Shown here: positions 50,994-63,075 of the stretch, one piece after another | How the letters are laid out: each line of letters begins with the position of its first letter | Position numbering within the stretch: position 1 is the stretch's first letter | NCBI RefSeq assembly: GCF_018977255.1 | Contig: NW_024704742.1 | Location: 108,998,001 to 109,062,000 of the forward strand | Direction of reading: 5' to 3' | Source: Callorhinchus milii | Taxonomy: Eukaryota | Length of the DNA stretch: 64,000 bases | The notes under the pieces: model-generated | Told to the model about the DNA's origin: nothing | Databases searched by the model: none | What the model saw: only the letters and a program-made list of their open reading frames with translations | Translations under genes and position numbers: made by a program

Positions 50994-53302
50994 GTGTTTG
51001 CGAGGTTCCCAGGTGTGTGTTTGGGTAAACATGTGAGCGTACAGTGCACATCGGGGCACCATCCAAAAGTGGCAACTGCACCTTATGAGGCTGTGTGTGG
51101 GCACGCATATGGATGTAGAGCACACAAGGGCGTTTCTTGACTGTCTTAAAGGGAGCGTCCCAAAAAAATGTGTGCACAACCTGTGTGCTGTGATCCTGTC
51201 TACGCTCCTCACTAAGAGGGGAGGGATAGAGAGGTGGGGTACAAGACCCCATTTGTAACTGTGCCCTGCAAAGGAGGGAGAATTCTGAGGCAGAAAAAAG
51301 CCTTGGTCCCTTCACCAAAGCGCCAAAGTGGAGTGCACAGAGTCAACCCCACCACCCACCCCCCACCCTGCGACAAGGGGCGAGTCTGTTTCATTGTGCA
51401 ACAAAATATGTTGTGTCTTCCTTTCTGTAACGGGTTTGATACTGTCTGAGACAAGCGTAAATATATACCAACACATGAACATATACATTTTGAATAAAAA
51501 ATAAAATAAAAAAAAATTCCTTGGGCTCTGTGCCTGCTAGAAAGATCTCCTTTTGAGATTCACTGTGTATATAACAATAATCCTTGCATTTAACATAGCG
51601 CCTCATCATGTCATTGAGACATCTCAAAGCGCTTCACAGAATATACTATAAAATTAATTGACTGTATATTTTGTATATAGCTCCACAACCGAATCCTCCG
51701 TAATACATTACGAGAAGATTGAGCTCCTGGCAGAAGCTTTACCTCTGACCCGCTGTTGGTTGGGATCGGTTTTGCACTACTTCCAATCTGAAGAGTTTGA
51801 TCCGCCCTCATACAGAGGAAGCAGAGATACTGGAATACAGGACTAGCTTGAATACTTGCTCTACGGGCTCAGGCCGGGCTTGCTTGGTTCAGTCGCTTAA
51901 CTTGCTCAGGTGATTGTGAAAACGGTTGTCTGTAGTGACAACCATCAAACCCGTGAGGAACGCATTTCAGTCTGATTAAGCTCTCAGGGGGTAAGTGTGG
52001 CCTAACCTCGCTCACCAAAAAAATGGATGCTTTGCTGAAGAGAAAAGGGATTGAGAACTAGGGAGGTTGATCACATTAAATCTGTTACAGAGCACTGTAT
52101 TTATGAAACATTGCATTTTCAAATCTGTTATGAAATGTTGTATTTTCATCCAATCATGGGAAGACATAGACTGATAGTTGGAAGATAGACTGACATTTTG
52201 GAACTATTGGCTTTGTTCTGTTCCTATAATACTATTAATAAAATATAGCATAAAATAAATCACCCAAGTGTTTCTGAAAAATAAAGCTAATAATAGCAAA
52301 ATTGAGCTTCTGTTATGAACAATGCAAATGTGCGATATCCCGAGAGACCTTGCACATTACTAAAAATAGCTAAACCGTCAACTCTGAATAGGAAGACAAT
52401 GTGATTACTGCTCAACAAATAAACAAGTATAAATTTTTCAGAAGCCGGAAAAAGTTTCAGTGCACTTTGTGAAGTAAGGCAGGAAGTCAAAATAAGGTGG
52501 ATGTAACCAAATAGCAAGAGGATAAACTAATGCAATGAATTGTTTCATTAATTCCTGTTCTTGTTTACCCCCCAGCTCGGTTGCAAACCCATGACTGTCC
52601 AGCACCTTGGGACTTCCTCCCGATGCGAAAGGCATTATATAATTGCAATTTGTTGTTGTTCTTGCTCTTTGTATTTTAAAGTTGTTTCCGTGACATTTGG
52701 TATCTTTTAGCGTTTGGGCAGAAAAATATAGGTAGACTATCACTTTATATCTTCTGAGTAAGTATGAATCACTAGAGCAGCTAAATTCAATTTTAAAGCG
52801 CCTTTACCTCAACACACAATCAATATGATGACAGAATGGAAGAGTGATAGTAATCAAATAATGTATGTGGTCAAACCTCATAACCAAACATCATGGATAA
52901 ATTTATTCGCTAAATGCAACAATGTTAACCATGTGCATTTACAGGGGTTAAATCACAATAATCCTAAAAACTGGCATTTGATATAAAGACTTTCACATCA
53001 GGCAGACATCTCACAGGATTTATTGTGATGGGTAGTGACTGCGCATTTTGTAGGTAACTACTGAAGCCAATTGGCGCACAGCAATGCCCCAATGTCCCTG
53101 AATATGAACAGGCTCCTTGAACCACATCTGTGCTTACATTTTCTCTCTGTATAATATTTAAATGTCATTAAAAATGCACAGCATCTTCCACTAAGATTCA
53201 TAATGACATTCTTTCCCCTCGACTCCCCTTGCTTCATTTCATAACCTATTTAAATTGACTCTGGACATTGATTTAAACATTGGTAAATGTCATGCCTAGA
53301 AT

Positions 53303-53506
53303 ATAATCCCTCCAAAACAAAAAACAATAATAAATTGGTCAACTTCAATCTACGACTGTTTGTGGGACATTGCTGTGTGCAATTGGCTGCCGCGTTCGCC
53401 CACAAATATACAGTCAATTCACTTTACAGTCTATTCTGTGAAGCGCTTTGGGACGTCTAGAAGACGTGAAAAGCGCTATATCAAATGCAAGGATTATTAT
53501 TATTAT
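53303..53506 (+). mobile_element. 5'-truncated young SINE
   Basis: Matches the 3' two-thirds of 35900-36224. Confidence 0.88.
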
Positions 53507-54079
53507 ATTAGCTGATTTATAACCCGTGTTATATTTTTTCACACTGAAATTGTCAATCCCAAACTATCTGAATTTCAGTCACAACATTTGATAACCTTGT
53601 TTTATTGATTTACCTGCAGTGAATGATTAATTCACTGTCAATTCCATACCTCGAAACAATGATAGCTGAAACCAATGACAAGCAGAAACTAATGCAAGTG
53701 ATTTAACACTGAGCAACTGGTGACAATGTGCAATACCCTAGAATTTATTTTCCTTTAGATATATCCATCTGTTTTTTTTCTCTTTTTCTTGTCAAGCTCA
53801 CTGCCATCACTCACTGTTCCTGATGTGTCAATGTTTCTCTGAAATATGAATTGACTATTGGAATACAAACTACTCTAATTTGTGAAGGTTTCTGTTTACA
53901 GTAAGTAGTTGTCTTATGCAGACAACATCACAGACTTGCTGTTGTTCCTTTAGCTATTAGAACATGATATTTAAATATTTCTGTCTTGGATGCAGTCTAA
54001 GTTGTATGAAAGAAGTAGCCACTTGAATTAGCATCATGAAATGCTTAAGCACAAAAGTAGACCATTTGGTCCCTCATTT

Positions 54080-54970
54080 TAATAATAATAATCCTTCCAT
54101 TTGGTATAGCACCTTATCATCTTGGAAGGATGTCTCAAAGCACTTCATAGGATCACTGCAAATTCAAGTGACTGTGCATTTGTAGGCAAAAGTGGCAGCA
54201 TAACAAGGTCCCCCAAACAGCCATGAAACAAATTTTATTTGGGAGATTGTCGGCCAGGACCCTGGGATAAACTCCCTTCTCCTTTCGAACAACAACAACA
54301 AAATTACATTTATAGAGCGCCTTTCACATCGGGAGGACATCCCAAAGTGCTGAACGGTCAGGTGTCGGGGCCCGAGCATGGGGGAGGGGTGGTGAAGGGA
54401 TGAGGGAAGGCAGAAAGGTGGGAGGGAGACCAAAGGCACAGTCAAAGAGAAGGGGGCAAGGGAGGAAGCGAGGCGAAGGGAGCGTAGGATGGAGTACCAG
54501 AGTGCAGGGGCAGAGACGCTGAAAGCCTGGCCACCGATGGTAGGGTGGGTCGGGCGGGAGACATGGAGCAGGCCAGAGCCCACTGAACAGAAGGAGCTGG
54601 CAGGTTGGTAGGGAATAGTACCAAAGGATCGCTGACGTCCACCTGGAAAGGCAGACGGGACCGTGATATAACATCTCATCCGAAGGACAGCACCTCTGGC
54701 GATGCAACGCATCTCCATCACTGAATTGCAGTATCATAATAGTAATCCTTGCATTTGATATAGCACCTTATCACTTCATTGAGACATCTCAAAGCGATTC
54801 ACAGAATATATTGTAAAGTGAATTGATGGTGTATTTTGTGGGTGAAATGTGGCAGCCAATTGTGCACAGCAGTTGTCTTAGACAATGTGAGTCCAAGTCC
54901 AGACGTGGGATTTGAACCCACAAACTTCTGACTCAGAAGTGAGAACGCTACCACTGAGGCAAGCTGACAC
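54080..54970 (-). mobile_element. Nested cluster: old Deu SINE interrupted by L2 (~54288-54620) and a SINE 3' fragment (~54735-54875)
   Basis: The SINE sequence resumes after each insert; head at ~54885-54970. Confidence 0.75.
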
Positions 54971-57039
54971 ACAAAATAATGCATTCCTCCTCACAGTTTA
55001 TCAAATCTGGTAATTTGGCTTCAACAGCAAATCTGGATACCATGCTTCTAAAGCTTTACATATGGATGTGGAAAATAATAAAATTGTCTTTTGTTTTCCT
55101 TCTCTCCTAACAAGAAATGGATTGCTTTCACATTCATTCTGTATTTCCCCAGTTGCTCTATATGGGAACACTCAATGTGGGAAATTTACTGACTGAAATT
55201 TCATTGAACTACTCCAAGGTACGCTGCCAGGCAATCCTTCATCTTTGCCAAGGAAAATGCTTTCATACTCAGAAAAGTAGCATCACAGTTGATGGATTCA
55301 TCCTGCATGTTGTTCTTTCCTCTGAATTTTAAGTTAATATCATTATTCGAGTTAAACCAAATTCACATTTGTCTCTGTAAACTGCGGCACTATTTCTACA
55401 GCCAAAATCTAACATTTCACAAGATTACAGTTGTTTAGTATTCTACTGTAATTGTAAATTAAGAATTGCGCTTTGGAACTGAAGACTCCTCTAATTCACT
55501 GTCAGGATCAGAGTTTAAACAGAAAACTATTTCTGCTGCTCTTCTGTGAAAGAAAGTCATTGTTTAATTTAAAAGGCCTTTCACACCACAAAGGACTCAT
55601 CACAAAAGGCATGTGATGAATGCCCAAAGCTTGTTTGTCTCCCTGAAAGATTATGTAAACTTCACAAATAGATTTGTTTTCATGCTTTGTCGGGTTTGTA
55701 GACTAACTGTCACAGATTTGCACCCAAATTCTCAACTCTAAAGTACTAACACGTACACAGTAAGTTTCAGACTTTTTTATTCTTTAATCCCACAAACTGC
55801 ACAACCTATCGGAAAAATAGGTTTGGGGTGCAAAACTGCAAAAGGATCTTTATCTGAACTTCAAAATCATGTTGCCAAGCCAGTATTTTTAAACTCCCAA
55901 GTACGGCCTCCTGACATGAAAGGCATCATACGACAACAACAACAACAATAAGATTGCATTTATAAAGCGCCTTTCACGTCGGGAAATCATAGAAATGTAA
56001 GTTTGTAGTATTATTGTATTGTTTTTTAAGATAAAGACGAATATAAAACAGGTCCTCAAATGGGCTGGTAGATAAAACTTGCTCTTCTTTGTGGGAAGAT
56101 AAGCAGGGATTCCTCGGGACTGAGATGGTTGCAAGGTGATACAAGTATTCAGGGGAAAATAAAGCGACAAAATTAAATTAAAAGATCTATTATGATCTAA
56201 GAAATTGACTGAATTGCCTCCTCTTGTTCCCTTGAATGTTGGTAAGCAGCAGGTGGTAATGGAAAGCAATAAAACAGGGAAGGACTTTGGTCATCATGTG
56301 TTTACTGCTAAATTACAAGCAGTATGAAACCTATCCTTGCAGTGTATCTAGTCTATCTTAAAACTTGCACAGCTTTCAGTGGCAAATAGTAGCTGAACTT
56401 TGAGTCACATATTGATCTGACGAGAGCAAAGGGCTCACCTTCACCAATTGCCATAAGACGCAACAACAGATGTAATAAAAGATGCTAATCTAAAATGACG
56501 TTTAACATGATGATATTTTGGCATAAACATTTTCCTGGCTAGAGTAAATAAAACTCAGAGATGAATAGAAAAGCTACGATATTCATTCCATCCTACTGAC
56601 ATTGCCAGCTGAAAGAGAAGTGCAGTACTAGTTCTGTACTGGGAGGAAACCTCGGTTATTTATTAACTTTCCCACGGGAAAGTCACACATCATGACAGGG
56701 TTCCCATTTGCGTTGAGAAAATGTTGCGTTCACGTCGCTGTCAGTAGTTCCCCCAGTCAAGAGGTACTCCAGTTGAGGAAGTAATTGAACAACTGCCAAG
56801 GGTTATAAATGTTTTCAGGACTGTAGTACTTTACTGTTTTGTGCCACATCAATGGAACAAGATTCAAAATTCCCAACGCGTTAAACTCACGCACTTTATG
56901 GTAAAGGGGTTATTTCCTCATTCATCTTTACTGTATCCAGTATGAGTCTGAGGATAATGGACACTTAAAGATGTGGTTCAGAGATGTCGGAGAGATTGAG
57001 AGCAGTTGCACAAACACCAAGGCATATTAAAACTTAGAA

Positions 57040-57290
57040 CAGCCTTAAGACTTCTCTCTTTGTTGGAGGGTCGAAAACAAGGGTACATACTCTTAAAATT
57101 ACAGCTAAGATAGTTAGATGCAATATTGGAAAACATTTCTTCACACAGGGGGTTGTGAGTTGGTAAAATGCATTGTCCCAGAGACCTTAATGGCAGGATC
57201 AATTGGGATGTTTATAAGTGAGATAGATATTTAGGGCACAGAGCATCAAGGGTATATAGAAAAGGGAAACTGAATTAAGTGATGTGCCAT
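57040..57290 (+). mobile_element. Degenerate CR1 3' fragment
   Basis: acaagggtacatactcttaaaat...ggaaacatttcttcacacagggggttgtg. Confidence 0.7.
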
Positions 57291-57304
57291 GATCTGTTAA
57301 ACTT

Positions 57305-58366
57305 CATTTATGAGCGCCTTTCATGTCGGGAGGACGTCCCAAGGCGCTGGACAGTTGGATCAGGACCCGAGCAGGGGGGAAATGGTCAGGATGAGGGGAG
57401 GGAAGGGAGGGAGCGAGGAGGGAGTACTGATTCGAGAGGGGAGCTGAAAGCACGGTCAAAGAGAAAGGTCTTGAGACCGGCCATGAAAGAGGAAAAGGAG
57501 GAAGCAAGGAGAAGGCACTGGGGGATGGAGTTCCAGAGCCTAGGGGTTGAGAGGCTGAAGGCCCGGTCATCGATGGTAGGGCAGTTGGGGCGGGGGATGT
57601 GGAGCAGACCGGAGCCAGAGGAACAGAGAGTATGGGCAGGTAAGTAGGGGGATAGTAGGTCGGAGAGGTAGGAGGGAGCAAGGCCGTGAATGGCCTTGTA
57701 GGTGAGGATGAGGATCTTGAATTCGATCCTCTGGGGGATGGGGAGCCAGTGGAGGTGAGCGAGGGTGGGAGTGATGTGGTCCCGAAGCCTGGTGCGGGAC
57801 AGTACACGAGCTGCAGAGTTCTGAATGACCTGCAGCTTGTGGAGGGAGGTGCCGGGAAGGCCGGCGAGGAGGGAGTTCCCATAGTCCAGCCTTGAGGTGA
57901 TAAAGGCGTGGACCAGTGTTTCAGCAGCGTGAGGGGTGAGGTAGTGCCGTAGTCTGGCGATGTTCCGGAGGTGATGGAAGGCGGTGCCAGTTGTGGTGCG
58001 GATATGAGGAAGAAAGGACAGCTCAGGGCCGAACAGAACCCCGAGGTTCCTGACTGGCTTTGAGAGGTGGAGAGTGCAGCCTTGGATGCTGATGCCGTCA
58101 GCGCCTGAGGTGCGGAGGCGCTGACATGACCCAATCAGGAGGGCCTCAGTTTTGCGCACATTGAGCTGAAGAAAGTTGTCTCTCGTCCAGGACTCGATGT
58201 CGGACAGACAGGCTGTCAGGACATCGGTGGTCGTGGAGTTGAGGGCAGAGGAGGAAAGGTAGAGTTGGACGTCATCCGCATACATGTGGAAGTTAACCCC
58301 ATGTCTGCGGATGATGTCACCAGGGGGAGCATATAGAGGGTGAAGAGGAGGGGACCGAGGACAGAG
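57305..58366 (-). mobile_element. Young 5'-truncated L2 with partial RT (YADD) and C-terminal region
   Basis: ORF 57386-58402: HMYADDVQLY...NFLQLNVRKTE...[14 protein letters not shown] lies in another frame. Confidence 0.95.
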
Positions 58367-58451
58367 AACAACAACAACAACAAGATTACATTTGTATAGC
58401 ACCTTTCACTTCGGGGGGACGTCCTAATGAGGGAGCAGTTTAAGAACAAAG

Positions 58452-59520
58452 ATAGGGTGTTCCTCAGGACTCTGTCCTTGGTCCCCTCCTCTTCAACATC
58501 AATATGCTCCCTTTTGGTGACATCATCCGCAGACATGGGGCCAACTTCCACATGAATGCAGATGACACCCTCTCTGCCTCCACCCTTGACTCCAGGACCA
58601 CTGCTGTCCTGACAGAATGTCTGTCAGACATCAAGTCCTGGATGAGAGCTAACCTTCTTGAGGTGAACGTCAACAAGACCGAGGCTCTCCTGATTCGCTC
58701 CCGTCAGCGTCTCCACACCTCAGGCGCTGACAGCATCACCATCCATGGTTGCACACTCCACCTCCACCTCCACCTCACTGAGCCAGTCCGGAACCTTGGG
58801 GTCTTGTTTGATCCTCAACTATCCTTTCTACCCCACATCTGCTCCATGACCCGCTCTGCCTTCCCCCAACTCCGCAACATCGCCCGGCTCTGACACTGTC
58901 TCACACCGCAAGCCGTCGAAACCCTCATACATGCTTTCATTACATCGAGGCTCGACTATGCAAACTCATTGCTTGTCGGCCTCCCCAACTCCTCCCTCCA
59001 CAGGCTGCAGATCATCCAGACCTCTGCAGCCCAGGTCCTCTCCTGCACTAGGCTCCACGACCCTATCACCCCCATCCTCGCCCAACTCCATTAGCTTCCC
59101 ATCACACAGAGGATAGAGTTCAAAATCCTGGTCCTCACTTTCAAAGCCCTCCATGGTCTTGCTCCCCCTTACCTCTCCAACCTCCTAACCCCCTACCACC
59201 CTGTTCGCTCCCTCTGCTCAGCGGGCTCCAACCTGCTTCACATCCCCCGCCTTGCTTGTCCCTCTAGTGGTGGGCGGGCACCCACCCTCTGGAACTCCAT
59301 CCCGCAGTCCCTCCGTCTCACCCCCTCCCTCGCCACCTTCAAGACCCACCTCAAGACCCTCCACTTCGACCGTACTTTTGATCTCCCTGCTTCCCCCCTG
59401 TCCTCCACCCTCCCCCACCCCGACCCCCAGCTTGAGTCCATAACTCTGTCTGTCCAGTGCCTTGGGACGTCCTCCTGATGTGAAAGGCTCTATACAAATA
59501 TAATTTTGTTATTGTTGTTA
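58452..59520 (+). mobile_element. 5'-truncated L2 (related subfamily) with stops
   Basis: gggtgttcctcaggactctgtccttggtcccctcctcttc ([13 protein letters not shown]), NADD, C-terminal motifs, L2 tail. Confidence 0.93.
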
Positions 59521-59998
59521 GCAATTGCAACTCCAAATACACCACAATTTACATTATATAGCGTCTTTCATGTTGGGAGGATGATTCAAACACCCCCAAC
59601 ACCACCAGATGTGCACCCGAGCTCAGGTGGGAGGCTATGAAGGTGGGGGAAAGATGACCAAAAGCATGAGGTAGATTTCGAGATGTGCCTTGAATGAGGG
59701 AGGGGGGGAGGAGCAAATTAGAGTGCCCCCGGGATGGATTTATACAGAACTCTCAGTGTCTGACACTCTAGAAAGAGCATTAAGGAATATCACAGAATGA
59801 CTGCAGGTTTACCAAGCAATAATCATTGANTTTTTGCCACATAATTCTAGCTTCAGGATATACTACCAGGATATTGATGAAAATATTGACAATTGCGTTA
59901 GAGAAGGTTTCTTGCAACATACAGAAATCAGAGTAAATTCCATACTCGCCCAAAAAGCTTTTTCAGTTATCAGATTGAAACATTAAAGTACTCCTGGA

Positions 59999-60107
59999 TA
60001 AAAATTCCATTCAGTTTTGCCTTTGGTGATTTCGGCCATTAATGGGATTTTCCTGTATAGTCGCACATCTCCAAAGGCACTGGCTGTAATGCTGAATGGA
60101 ATTTTTA
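59999..60107. repeat. Small foldback (MITE-like)
   Basis: Perfect 16-bp IR taaaaattccattcag / ctgaatggaattttta plus inner tgcctttggtgat / atctccaaaggca. Confidence 0.75.
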
Positions 60108-61291
60108 CCCCTCTGAAATTTGCAGAAAATAAATGCATGTCATGAACCACCATAGTGGGAACTATTTCAAGGAAACCCAAATATTTCCTAAGAGAGCAGT
60201 TAATAGTAGACATTTTAAGTTTTTAAGCAGTCATATTACTTGCTTGAGCAAACCACCTTCCTGTGAGACTGGGAGTAGCATTATAATAAAGCTTTGTGTT
60301 TTTTTAACTGCCAAGTCAGAAATGAAAACAACAGTGTTTCCTTCGACATGTTTTTTGAACAAAATACCAGAAGATTATCCAGCCATGTGAAATGTTATCT
60401 TCTGTGTTCTGCCATTAGTTAAATGAAGGAAACCTTGTGACTGAGCATAGCTTGCTAAAGTGATATTCTGGCCTCCAAATCCCTTTGTATCCAAGTAAAA
60501 CAACTTAATCTGATGGCAACAGAAACAGATTCAGTTTCCCTCTCCTTTATCTTATGTTATCGGTGAATATAAGTTATCCCACAAAGTGGACGATACACCA
60601 TAAAGGGTGCAAGCCAACCTCAGACCACAGTAACATCCCAGTTTGTGTTGAGTCAGCAGCACGAGGTCCCAAAGGGTTATTCTGTTTCATTCGCTTAGGG
60701 CAGAGTATTTGTGGATGAGGTCTGGGCTTAGTTTGAAATTATAAAAGAAAAAAATAGTTAGGAATTTATGGGTAATTATACTTATGTATAATGACAAAAT
60801 CATTACACACTTTGTGAAAGGCCACACCCACTTACATTTAGGGAAATGAGAATAAGGATTCTCCCAAAAGGTGGGTCCCCACTTCAGGGAAGACAAAAGG
60901 AGATGAAAAGATCGGTGGTTTAACTGCTTTACAGCAATGATTCAGGCAGACAGCTTGAGCGAGAGAAGCAATGTTGCTCACCAGGAAGGAATTTTTATTA
61001 CTATAACTGACAAACAAAACTGAGGGTCGCAACAGGAAGGAATCTTTTAAAAAAATAGGTGAGAAAAGATCCAAAAACAATTTTAAAAAATACATTTCAT
61101 AAAGTGAATGGAAACTGGAAATAAAAAGAATCTCCATATCAATCTACTTCTGGCCACTGAATATTCTTATTTGCAGATTTCCATGATCCCTTTGAAGACT
61201 GAAAGATCTTTCAAGCTTTAAAATCATGCAAATCTATGCATTCATGTAATATCAGAAAACTACTTGCTATTGTAATGTTGAATACTATAAA

Positions 61292-61657
61292 AGCCTTGCT
61301 CAGTTGGCAGCATTCTCAGCTCTGAGTCTCAAGGTTGTGGGTTCAAGCCCACATTGGGATTCTGAGTTCATAGTCTAGGCTGACCCTTCAGTGCATTGTT
61401 GGGGAGCACAGTACTGTTGGAGGTGCCATCCCTCAGATGTTAAATCAAAGTCCCACCTACTTGTTCAGGTCATGTTAAAGATCCTGTAATGCTATTCAAA
61501 AAGAGAAGGGAATTTCTCCCGATGTCCTGGGAATTCACTTCATGGCTGTTTTGTGGGGCACTGCTGTGTGCAAATTGGCTGCCTTGTTTGCCTACAACTG
61601 CACTGCACTTTATAGCAAATCCTGTAAAGTGCTTTGAGACATTTCAATAAAGTGATA
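61292..61657 (+). mobile_element. Old near-full-length Deu-domain SINE
   Basis: gctcagttggcagca...ggttgtgggttcaagccc head; tgtgtgcaaattggctgcc core. Confidence 0.8.
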
Positions 61658-62165
61658 ACAGCAACTTGCATTTATATAGCGGTCCTCACTCAGGATAGTG
61701 TCCCAGAGCCCTTGACAGTGGCAAGGCGTAACTCCGAGCCGGGGGTAAGGGGAGTTGACAGTAGGCACGGTCGAACAGGAAGGTCTTCAGATGCGGGAAG
61801 GAAGGGCCAAGGCGGAGCGACAGAGGAAGAGTGTCCCAGAGTTTCGGGGCGTAGTGGATGAAAGCACGGCCAGCAATGGTGGAAGGGAGGGCATGGGAGC
61901 CATGTAGAAGGTCGGAGCCAGTCGAGCGGAGGTAGCAGATTGTGGGTTGTGGAGGTGCGAGAGCATAAAGGTATTTGAAAACAAGTGTGAGGATCCTGAA
62001 ACTGACCCATTTAGTGATGGGGATCCATTGGAACTTGGCTAGAATGGTGTGATGGGGGTACGGAGTTTAGTACAGATGAATATGCGGGTGGCGGAGTTTT
62101 GGATCAGTTGGATCCTGTGCATGGTGGAGCTGGGGAGACTGGCAAAGAGGGCATTTGAGGTAGTA
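61657..62165 (-). mobile_element. Old L2 3' fragment, tail-to-tail with the SINE
   Basis: IQLIQNSATRI...LRTPITP; L2 tail. Confidence 0.8.
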
Positions 62166-62809
62166 CATCCTATGCAAGGATCATTATTATTAACTGGAAT
62201 AACTGTGGCCAGCTGCAGATGCTTTTCAGCTTGTGATATGATCTTACATTTTTGAGGTTGGTGCAGAATCTTAATGTGGTTCGAGTTTTTGCCCAAATTA
62301 CCCATTTAGCCAAGTTTATCTTTTCAAGCCCCAGTGAAGCTCAACATCACATGCCACAATTATTAACGGCTGCAGTAATTTACACTCAGCCATATATTTC
62401 TCAAGTAACTTGACTGTGTCTAGTGAATAAATATTGTTGGCACATAAATAAGAATGAAAAAAATGTGTAAATTAACCCAAACTTGCAAATCACATTTATT
62501 GACAAAAAGAAGGCTGCATGTATGACTAAATGTTTCCATGATATCAGAGCAAATTAAATCAAATATTCCTAAGGGATGTTCAGGGGCAAATGTTAAGAAT
62601 CCATCCAGTCTGACTCCACTGTGCTAAATGCACTTTGAGCTCCCCCACCCAGTTCCCCATCCCAGTTTCTTTCAGTACTCTCTGAAGTTATCAAATTGGC
62701 TCTCTTTGCAAATTATTTTAGGAGGACACAAAGTACTGCACTGAAAATAGTCCTGAGAATTTTATAGAGAATTCTCCTATCACTGGTGCATTTCATCATT
62801 GTTACCTAA

Positions 62810-63075
62810 ATGGTAATGACTAATGACATGACAGCCTTGAAAGATATCTCAGAGGAGATCTTAGTAAGATACTAAAAGGGAAAAGAATCGGTAAACCTTG
62901 AAAAATATCGAATACACCTAGGTCACAGACAAGAGGAGAACACTGGTTTAGGGTTTGTGAAGGCAAACTTAGGACAAAAATCAGGAAGTATTTCTTTACA
63001 TAGAAGATAAACAACAGCTGAAATGAGTATTAAGGATTGGTGTTTGAGGTCAGGATACTCATCTCACAGTTTGAT
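62810..63075 (+). mobile_element. Degenerate CR1 fragment
   Basis: gacaagaggagaacact...atcaggaagtatttctttacatagaag. Confidence 0.6.

Noticed and set aside
57386..58402. 338-aa ORF as a host gene or autonomous LINE
   Set aside because: 5'-truncated L2 ORF2; the start codon comes from an adjacent tail; no endonuclease or N-terminal RT.
59983..60213. ORF with ASAFGDVRL resembling the RHOBTB3 N-terminal ASAFGNVKL
   Set aside because: Flanking residues do not align, it lies inside a foldback element, and no intervening exon was found between it and 49097; likely chance. TBLASTN would settle it.
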